Assembly: GCF_006345805.1 (NCBI RefSeq)
Contig: NC_042997.1
Location: 65,162,001-65,226,000 of the forward strand
Direction of reading: 5' to 3'
DNA length: 64,000 nt
Source of the DNA: Octopus sinensis
Taxonomy: Eukaryota
The notes beneath the pieces were generated by a model. It ran no database searches. It saw only the letters and a list, made by a program, of their open reading frames with translations, and was not told where the DNA came from. Position 1 is the stretch's first letter, and the number at the start of each line of letters is the position of its first letter. The position numbers and the translations under genes are program-made. Of this stretch, positions 54,148 to 64,000 are shown one piece after another.

Positions 54148-54721
54148 AGCACCTATACTTTCACACAGGACTGAACACATTTTATTATATGCAGCCATTC
54201 ACAAGAAAAAAAGGATCACATACGTAATTTTAGCTCATATTCACACACTACATAACATTACAGAAACACACATACACACATATGCCTTGCACAAGTACAC
54301 TTTCGAAGCATATACAAAATACATTTATTTTAGCTATATATATCTTGTTATTTTTTCTTCTACGAAGTATCGATGAAAACCACACACAAAGACACATGTA
54401 ATACAACAAAGGAGTCAAACTGACGACACTTTACACACACTCACATACACGTATAAAAATATTTTCTACTCTTCCTCCAATTGTGTTCAATTGTAAAAAC
54501 ACGTCCATGTGGCTTAAAATCCTGATATACGTTTACGCAAGATTGAACCTAACGACTTATGCTGATGGATCTACGCAGGATTTCACGTAAAGACCCATGC
54601 TCATGCTTGTGCAACTTCGGAAACCTGAACTATGAACATTTATGACTCTTTTTTTCTATTTCGCTCCATTCCCTATTTATTTTACTCCCTTCCTCTATGA
54701 CGTCATTTCATTAATATACTA

Positions 54722-55100
54722 CACTTCCGAGCAAGCTCTGTGTGTCTTGGGTATGTGCTCTGGTTTCTTGTGATGCTCTTATTTTTACTATATTGAAAGT
54801 GCTTTACGTAGGATGTGTGCGGTGCCTAGCAGTGCCTGGTATTTTATGGATGTTATATATACTTGTTCGTCCTGGTGTTTTTGTTATGTATTTGTCTGAA
54901 TATTTTTTTGAAAGTTTCTCCATTTCTTTTAGAGGAACATTGGTATTCATGTATCTATTAGAAAGCATTTTTCTCGGTGATCTCTGACTACTATATCCAG
55001 CTTATTGACCTAAATTTTTATATTTGTGTGCATTGGCATATCCCAGAATATGGTTGCTTTCTCATTTTCTGTGACCTTTTCTGGCATGTGCATATACCAT
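54722..55100 (-). mobile_element. Internally deleted 3' fragment of the R4/Dong-like LINE
   Basis: Collinear with ~12745-13217, with deletions; abuts (TAA)n. Confidence 0.85.
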
Positions 55101-55141
55101 AATAATAATAATATAATAATAATAATAATATAATAATAATA

Positions 55142-55210
<69 letters not shown>

Positions 55211-56168
55211 TTGATAATATCTTCTGTATACTCTTCTCGAGTCTATTTCGTTCTCTTACATTTGTCTTTCTGCGGTGGCTGTGGAAGTGAACTTGGACGG
55301 CTCGAGTGACCATCCAGGTTCGTATTCAGTAAAGAGATTATGCCAGTAGGTGACCTTTCGACCCCAGGCTGACTCTCTATTTCAGATTAACTATAGGACA
55401 TACAAGTTAATATATTGTTGTAGTTTTCCTTTTGTTTCGTACGAAATGTTTGTGCTACATTAAAATTATTAGTATTGAGCCCTTTGTGGCAGATATAGAA
55501 AGGATTATTATCACTGCCATTACTGTCACTTCTGCCATTACTACCGTTGCAATTACTTCAACCTCACCAATACAACAGAAGTGTACATCGCTAGTTAACA
55601 TCAACACCGCCGTGGCCTGTATCATTACAGCCAACCTTTGTAGCCATCGCATCAGTTTAGCCGTTTTCATCGTGGTTATGCGCTCCTGGAAAATTTAGTT
55701 AAATCTGCCAGATTCGCTCCTACTAATGTCTAGTATTATGAAATGTTTAGTTTCGACATTTGACTTGTATTTGAAATAATACGTGAGAGTTGGTGAATGG
55801 GGGGCGGGTAGCAGAAGGCAAAGATGCAGGTTGGTGGACACAGACAAATACCACCAGTCTGTAAATAGGTTCATCTGATGGTGACAAGTTCAACAATGGT
55901 GCTTTGCATTCCTGTGCGATCAAGAAAATAAAAGGAGCGGGAACTCCCTACACTAGAGGTCAAGTATGTGTTTGCTACCACACTGACCAATGGGTGCGGT
56001 GACCTTGGGAAGATTCAACGCATCCTGTACTGTTTTAATCACTGATAGATAAAATTCTGTATGTTTCTCTCTTTGTTTTTTCTGTGTCCCTTTCTGTAGC
56101 GTTATACTAATACATCTGTTTGTTTTGTACACCACCTGCCTTCTTTTGTTTTTTTTTCGTAAACTCTC

Positions 56169-56284
<116 letters not shown>

Positions 56285-56534
56285 ATATATGTATGTATGT
56301 ACACACACACACACACACTCACTGATATTTACATTACATTTGAAGTTTGTTTCCTTTTACAAGTTTTTCTGTCATTTACAATTTTTGTAATTGTGCAGTT
56401 TGTAAATATTGCCAGCCGCTTATCTCTTACATTTTATCAGGTCTGGGAAATATTTGGAGGAGAAAGACATTTTCGCGCATATGAGAGAGCGAATTTTTGG
56501 GAGTTCTTGACATTTGTATAAGTTAGAGTATTAT

Positions 56535-57075
56535 GTACTGCCAAAGAGTCGCTTATTTTGAAATTGAACCAGATATTGTTATCAATGGCCAAAACAATAA
56601 AACCTGTTTATTAATTGACATGAGTATACCTTGTGGTCATAATATCTCAGCAGAAGAACTTGATAATTATAGAAAATATAATGACTTGCTGATTGAAATT
56701 GATAACATGTGGCATCCCAAGACGGTTACAATACCAGTGATTGTAGGAGCGTTTAGACTGATCGAAAAAGGAAATGAACGTTATTTAAGAATGATCCCTG
56801 GTTTACGATCCATGCAGGAAGTACAAAAAATTGTCTAAAGTGGTACGTCTCACGTACTGTGAATTTTGTTTCCTTCTTCCCTTGTGTTTTTTTCTTTTTT
56901 CAATTTTTCTTTTTTTTTATTCTTTCTTTCCTTTTTCTCCTTACATTCTTCCCCTTCTTTTTTCCTATCACTGCTGTGTTTATTTTACTGACCGACAAAT
57001 GTATGCACCGCGTTTATATGCCCTAGGTGTTGGGAAGGCCCTCGGCACGAAATGGAAACAACATTGAAATAAAAA
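56535..57075 (+). mobile_element. Diverged R4/Dong-like LINE 3' fragment (RLE domain plus 3' UTR)
   Basis: EPDIVI...CLLIDMSIPCGHNI...KYNDLLIEIDNMWHPKTVTIPVIVGAF...EVQKIV; followed by (TAA)n. Confidence 0.8.
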
Positions 57076-57174
57076 GATAATAATAATAATAATAATAATA
57101 ATATAATAATAATAATGATAATAATAATAATAATAATAACAACAACAACAACAACAACAATAATAATAATAATG

Positions 57175-57212
<38 letters not shown>

Positions 57213-57239
57213 AACAATAATAATAATAATGATCATAAT

Positions 57240-57372
57240 AATAACTCGTGGAGGCACAAGTCCCGCAACTTTGAGGGATAGGTCACGTCGATTACATCCT
57301 CGCCAGTACACTGCTGGTAATTATTTTATCGACCCTGAAAGGATGAAAGGCAAAGCCGACCTTCGGCGGAAT
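57240..57372 (-). mobile_element. SINE fragment (family of 5430-5940)
   Basis: ATCGACCCTGAAAGGATGAAAGGCAAAGCCGACCTTCGGCGGAATT core. Confidence 0.7.
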
Positions 57373-57384
57373 TAAGTTAATTGT

Positions 57385-57467
57385 GACGACGGCGATGATG
57401 ATGATGATGATGGTGATGATGACAATGACAAGAAGGAGAAGAAGAAGAAGAAGAAGGGGAAAAAGAA

Positions 57468-57499
<32 letters not shown>

Positions 57500-57528
57500 A
57501 GAAGAGCAACAACAACAACAACAACAAC

Positions 57529-57563
<35 letters not shown>
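57385..57563. repeat. Compound (GAT)n(GAA)n(CAA)n(TAA)n microsatellite
   Basis: Read directly from the sequence. Confidence 0.9.
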
Positions 57564-57566
<3 letters not shown>

Positions 57567-58110
57567 GAACAATACAATATAACCCAAATGTTCAAACGAA
57601 GATTAAATACTTTGAGGTTCACTTAGAAATAGGTAACTTTCCATGTCTTAAAATATTTTTACTTATCTAACGATTAAGATGTTCAGGAACATGAAACATA
57701 TAAAGAGTATTAGTAAACAAACCGAGAACTAAAGCAAAAAACAAAATACATATGTTTGTGCGCGAACATACACATATATGTGCGTATGTGGGCATAGAGA
57801 TATGTGTGTGTATGTATTTGTATATAAACTAATTAGTGTCTCTTTAATTGCAGCTGGAGTCAGACCTTGTTTTTATGTCCTCGATGTTATTCTGTTATTC
57901 TCATATTTTTGTTGTTTACGCAGAAAAGTTAATAAGATCTACCGCAAATAATAGACCGTACAATTAGATGCGCACTTATATCTTTCAGTATGTATGTACA
58001 GGTTGTAAATTCCAATTTGAGAATATATTAATGATTCCCTTCACTAATAGCTTGTTTATTATGCCGAAATATTATCTGATCTGTATTAATTGTGTTATTC
58101 TTTTTGATAT

Positions 58111-58159
<49 letters not shown>

Positions 58160-58258
58160 TAATAATAATAACAATAATAATAATAATATCATTAATAACA
58201 ATAATAATAATAATACTAATAATAATGATAATAATAATAATAATTATTATTATTTTTG

Positions 58259-58310
<52 letters not shown>

Positions 58311-58973
58311 CATCATCATCATCATTGTTGTTGTTGTTGTTAATATTACAATCATCATCATCACCAATATCGGCAGCAACAAAATCATTTATTTTTTTCG
58401 ATTTATAGTGGCATTGAGTTCAGTAACATTATATAAATTTTAATACTAAATAATTTGCTATATGTTTCGAAAAAAATGTTGATACACGTGAATTAATGAT
58501 GACCATGACGACGACGAGGACGACGAAGATGATGATGATGATGACGATGATGATGATGATGATGATGACGACGACGACAACGACGGCGACGATGATAATG
58601 ATGATCATGATGACGATGATCATGATGATGATCATAATGATCATGATGATGATCATGATGATGATCATGATGATCATATATTCTGCTCAATACCACAGAT
58701 TTGCTTGTAAGTTGCTTGACCTTAACCAGTTGAGCTTCACCCTCAGTGGCAGAAGATATGTGCATCTCACGAGCAGAAGTAGTGGAGGAGATTCACAGCC
58801 ATGTGTTGAGATGAATTCTTTGGGTTTTGGATAATTCACTTTTGGAAACAGGCGTTTTGTTTAACATTATTAAGGAAGCCTTATTCGGAGATCTTTTGAG
58901 CATGTGGAACTGCTTGACCTGAAGAAAATTCCAACTTGGCCCCACCTGCAACGTCATGCGCTGTTTATCTTGA

Positions 58974-61843
58974 CAAGCTTGTTGGTGTCCAATGGCTCCA
59001 TACCTGGGATGAAGGCGGGTAAACTGTGAATCGTGTCTTAATTCCGGATCAATAATTGGATGAATATACGGGACCAACTGACTCACACCCATCTCCTAGT
59101 GGGAATCAGGATCATGGTCTCCAACACACAAACATGCGAAGGGAAAAGGCCCAACTTATGGGTAGTATTAGCTCTGCAGTCTTAGTTGACCTCTTTGCCA
59201 CACCACGGGAGAAGTGTGAGAAAAAGCGAGCATCTGGCGCCCTCAAATAAGCAGTGCTCCGGGTAGGCTGTACTCGTTAAACTTTGGTGGCAAGCAGCCT
59301 AAGAGAAGGAACACCCTTAGGCTGCTTGAGGCCAAAACCAGGGAAGTAAGGACCCTGCCGCCTCGGCGCACAACCTTGATAGAGTTGGTGCCTCGATAAA
59401 ACTACTGGTTGTCAGTAACCTAAAAACACTTTGTGACTGAAAATGCCAAGCAAAATATATGAACGGAACTAGAACCAATAATGAAGGTGCCGCAGCCTGC
59501 AGGTGCCCAACTGTCCAGCAGGGCGGACCCGGTCGAAGTCCAGCAACGGTTTGGCATGCTACAACACACAAGTGGAGTAAACAAGTAAACATGATAATGG
59601 AGTGTTACAGCTGGAGCACCTTAGTGGATGTGAATGGAGTACGTGTCAGAGGGTATAGGAAATGAATGCCCAGTGAGTAGAAGGCAATGGAATTGATCGA
59701 AATTAATGAACAGAGATTATGTGACCAAGCAAGGGGAATACGAAAGAATTGATGGGTAATAGAGTTGGAGCTAGAAGCTATTAAATGAAGGATGTCAGGT
59801 GAGGTTCTGGCTTGCGAGAAATGAAAGTGGTGTAGTGGGAGATTTCGCAAGAATATCATATCGTCAATAGTGAAAGAAGTGAGATCAGTGACTACTCAAA
59901 TAATGAAGTTCGATTAATAATAGACAGAATTTTTTATCTATTAAATACAGAAAGGAAAGAATTTATGTGCGACTTTATGAATGTTAATTAATGGAGACTG
60001 AATCAAGAGATGAATAAAGCCAATAATGTAGTGAAACACATTGAAACAAAGAACACCACACAAACAAATAATCTTATCAAGGCTGCTAGTAGGATTCTGG
60101 CCGAAAGGATGGGATTGAGAACTACTGAGAACAGAACAGGGGCGGGTGGAAGAGAAAATAAACAACCATGGTGGAAGAGGAGAATTTCTAAAGATATATA
60201 CTCTTTGAACAGTGTGGTTTCAATACTTGTCAGGAAAAGAAATGGAGAACTTGAGAATGAATGGAAATTCGAAAACGTTAGGAAGAAGTATGATGTAGAT
60301 ACAAAAGGCCTAAATGTTGTAATTGAAGAACTGAAACAGCGCAACGGATTAAGCAATACCAACACAACAAATTGTTTAGAACCGACCATAGAAAATTTAA
60401 TCAAGAGATTAACAACGATAAAAACGTGAAAGGTTTGTCCCTGATGCTGATGAAAGTCGACTTCTTTGTGGCAAGCTATGGAGTAAGCAAGAACAAAATA
60501 ATACTACAACTGAATGACTCTGCAGCCTCAAGCAAACAACGTCTTACACTAGCAAGAGGCTATCCACTTCACAGAACAGAGTATCAGAAATATGAGTAAA
60601 AAGAGAAGCGATTGGAAAGCAGCAGGATAAAAAAGTTCAGTAGTTGCCATAAATTGATCGCAGGCAATGTAATGCATTGGTCAATGGAGAAGATGAAATC
60701 CCGGACTGGTTGACAAAAGGACGAACGGTGTTGTGCCTGAAGGATGCATCAAAGGGAAATGCTGCTGACAATTACAGACCAATTTCCTGCCCCCGTTAAT
60801 GTGAACGTTATTGTCAGGAGGAATTGTAGAACTGTATAAATTTCTTGATGAGAACGATATATTATCGCCGGAACAAAAAGGGTCTAGAAGGAAATGCAGA
60901 TGTACCAAAGATCAACTATTGATAGACAAAATGGTAAAGCAAAATAGTAAACGAAGGAGAACAAATCTGCGAATGGCTTGGACTGACTATCGCAAAACTT
61001 ATGATATAATTCCACATTTGTGGATCAGTGAGTGCTTAGATTTATTTGAAATTGCGAGGAATGCAACGTGTTTCCTGAAGAGAAGTACAATGGGATGGAA
61101 AACTGAACTGACGGAAAAAGCTTGGACATCAGAAGTGGGTAACAGCCGTCCATCTCCGTTGCTTTTCGTTGTCTGCATGATACCCCTTGGTACTCAGGAA
61201 AATGAACCTGTGGTACCAACTAAAGAGCAAATCCCAAACAATCAACCACATCCTCTTCATGGATTATTTGAAAGTGTATGGCAAAATGAGTTCATTTGTG
61301 AACATGGTCCACTGATTTAGTATTGATATTAGAATGGAATTTGGACCCAAGAAGTGCGAATAATCTACCTAAAAAAATGGCATGGTACAGTCCCCAGCAG
61401 GGATAAAATTACCGGAGAGAGACTTGATTAAGCAAACTGAAACAAAAGGATACCAATACCTTGGTGTACTAGAGTTCAGCGAGATAATGGAAAAGGAAAT
61501 GAAAGAGCAACTGCGGATGGGGTATTTCTGAAGACTGTGGTTTGTGTTGCGCTCAAAATTGACTGGATGTAATAAAATCCAAGCAGTTAATACGTGGGCG
61601 ATAGCATCACTTCGGTATGGAGCGGGAATTATAAATGGGCAAAAGAGAGAAATTAAGAAAACGGATACAAAGACTAGAAAAATGTTGACAATACACGGAA
61701 ACTTCCACCCTAAGAGTGACACCGATAGGCTGTACTCGTCCAGAAGAAAGAGTGGGAGAGGTTTGATCAGTTGCCGGGACTGTATCGAAGTAACGGAAAA
61801 CAGCCTAGGATGGCATATAAAAAATGCCGTGGAGCCACTGTTG
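58974..61843 (+). mobile_element. Old R4/Dong-like LINE with 5' UTR, N-terminal region and RT, but no 3' CCHC/RLE
   Basis: KWSKQVNMIMECY...GYRK, EQRLCDQARGIRKN, QPWWKRRI, NYRPISC, EQKGSRR...[57 protein letters not shown]; many stops and frameshifts; 21-bp flanking duplication. Confidence 0.88.
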
Positions 61844-62056
61844 GTCCTGCACTGTCTATCTTGATGAGATCACCCTGCTACACACATGTTGTGATGCATG
61901 TAACTGGTGTACATTTATCAGACGGGTAGTCATAATAGGTATATTGGGCTTCGCATATTTGTAGACCGGTGTCATTTTTTATAGCATGGGCTGTTTTCTC
62001 TCTCAATAATAATAATAATAATAATAATGATAATAATAATAATAATAATAATAATA

Positions 62057-62094
<38 letters not shown>

Positions 62095-62279
62095 TTTATA
62101 ATAACATCCTTAGAAAAATTCTATCCCTTTAAATGGCTGCGTTGTATTACATGAAGATATTTCACTACCTCCTCTCCCCAAGCTTTCAGTCATACTGTAA
62201 TATCCCTGATCCTTCACTCGCCCCAGGACGCTGGGTATGTCCGGGCAAGTGACTGTAACAGACATGCAGATTAAAAGTA

Positions 62280-62369
<90 letters not shown>

Positions 62370-62440
62370 AAGAAGAAGAAGAAGAGAAGAAGAAGAAGAA
62401 GAAGAAGAAGAAGAAGAAGAAGAGGAAGGAGAAGGAGATT
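62280..62440. repeat. (TAA)n(GAA)n microsatellite
   Basis: Read directly from the sequence. Confidence 0.95.
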
Positions 62441-62500
62441 GCTAAAACTGTATTCCATATTTTGATACAAAGAAATCAATGTTTCGGGAAAAAAGTCAAA

Positions 62501-62900
62501 TAGGCATGGCTGTGTTGCTTTCCAACCACATGGTTCCGGGTTATCACTCACTTGGTGGCAGCTTGGGCAAGTGTCCTCTACTTTAGCCTCGGGCCGACCA
62601 AATCCTTGTGAGTGCTTTTGGTACAACAAAACGGAACGAAGCCCATTATGTATACATATATGAGTGGGGGTGATGCATGTCTGTGTGTGTAAGCGTGCGC
62701 GTATTTGTGTTTGTCCCCCCATCACCACTTCATAACTTGTGTTAGTACGTTTCCTTCCCAGTTCGGCAAAATGGAACAATAGAATAGGTAACAGGTTTAA
62801 ACAAAAAGAATACTGGTGTCGATTCATTCGACTAACAATTCTTCAACGCGCTGCCCTAGCATGGCTGCAGTCTTATAACTGAAACAAGTACGAGATTAAA
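62501..62900 (+). mobile_element. OK/OR-like tRNA-derived SINE, diverged
   Basis: CAACCACATGGTTCCGGGTT...GGGCCGACCAAATCCTTGTGAG...CTGAAACAAGTA; homologous to 16405-16805. Confidence 0.8.
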
Positions 62901-64000
62901 AAAAATATCAATGATCGCTATAATTAATGATGTATCATTTTACAAGCATCGAATGAATAAAGAGCGAATATGACTTCATGGTTTGGGGATTTGAGGATAA
63001 CTTTTCTGGCTGTACGTGTACAAAGAGATAAAGATATGCTTTGAACGTTATATAGAAACCTTACACAGTTGTGTGTGTGTAGAGAGAGAGAGACAAAAAT
63101 GAAAGACGCTATAAAATCAAAATGAGAACAGATATCAATGAAAATTATAACATTATAAATAATGATTAAAACAATGTAAAAGGAAAGAGAAATAAAGCAT
63201 GAAAAGCAATCTGGATTCTTATCTACATTCAAGGGAAGAATCTAGTGGGTAGGGCACAGTCGCTTCTTCTTCTTCTTCTTCTTCTTCTTCTCTTCTTCTT
63301 CTTCTCTTCTTCTTCTTCTTCTTCTTCTTCTTCTTCTTCTTCTTCTTCTTCTTCTTGTAATTGCCAATAAGAATTTTATTTCCCTAAGGACATACTGCCT
63401 TTGATAACCGAGCGCAAGCAAATTTTGTTTTACATACTTCCTTTGATCTTAGATATTTTAGCTACATTTGAATTAAAAAGCATAGCACAAAAATTGAATT
63501 ACAGAATAAACAAAAAGCTGAAATAAGGAACATGTAATGAAAAATGAATAGAAGTAAAGCTTATTTCCAACAATTCAACAAGCAATTTTAACAATGTCCG
63601 TAAGAAATAAGGCAACAACACACGAGCAGAGACACAATATTATAACCATAAGCATAGTAATGTCGCTAAAGAAATTACATTTGCCTTTGTGTTGACAAGA
63701 GCAGAATATTTGAGATTTAATACAGATGTAGAACTGTTAAGCCCCCAAAACCTGCTAAAGACGAATTAAATCCGTTTTACTAGGAAGAGCAAACTGACAC
63801 GTCTATTAAGATATACAATATTTGGCAGGATTTTGAAATATCTTGGAATGTGCGGAAGTTAAGTTGAAGAAAAAAGGGCAAGATTTTGACATGCAGTTAT
63901 ATTTGGTTATCATCTACAGAGAGATTTAAAGGTCCTAAATATGACATTTGGAATGTTTGAGCATACTACATTTAGATGAAATTCTAGATAGGATTATTAC

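Noticed and set aside
55455-55690. Hydrophobic ORF with acceptor- and donor-like sites on the minus strand
   Set aside because: Largely degenerate trinucleotide-repeat sequence with no recognisable homology.

Overview
This is AT-rich, microsatellite-saturated animal DNA. The SINE families and the (TA)n/(GATA)n/(AAT)n load suggest an octopus or other cephalopod genome; that assignment is an inference from recalled repeat families, not a database search. I find no confident host gene, so the window looks intronic or intergenic, with two weak exon candidates. Most ORF-track entries are microsatellite translations. The content is layered mobile-element debris. (1) At least five Penelope-like element (PLE) remnants with GIY-YIG endonuclease motifs; a CxCx5C linker suggests the Hydra clade. 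Two recognisable minimal hammerhead ribozymes and several decayed ones accompany them. (2) Three 3' fragments of a Tx1-like LINE, each in a (GATA)n context. (3) Four R4/Dong-like LINE pieces, one of which keeps its 5' region, lacks its 3' end, and is still flanked by a 21-bp duplication. (4) A full-length decayed DD41D transposon, a mariner and a maT-like fragment. (5) A solo LTR with an ATAT target-site duplication (TSD). (6) Many tRNA-derived SINEs and several local duplications. The best leads are the apparent (GATA)n-targeting Tx1 LINE, the PLE hammerheads, and a series of PLE copies in which the YIG-motif codons grow from no TA run to a 113-nt TA microsatellite. All coordinates and alignments were done by eye.
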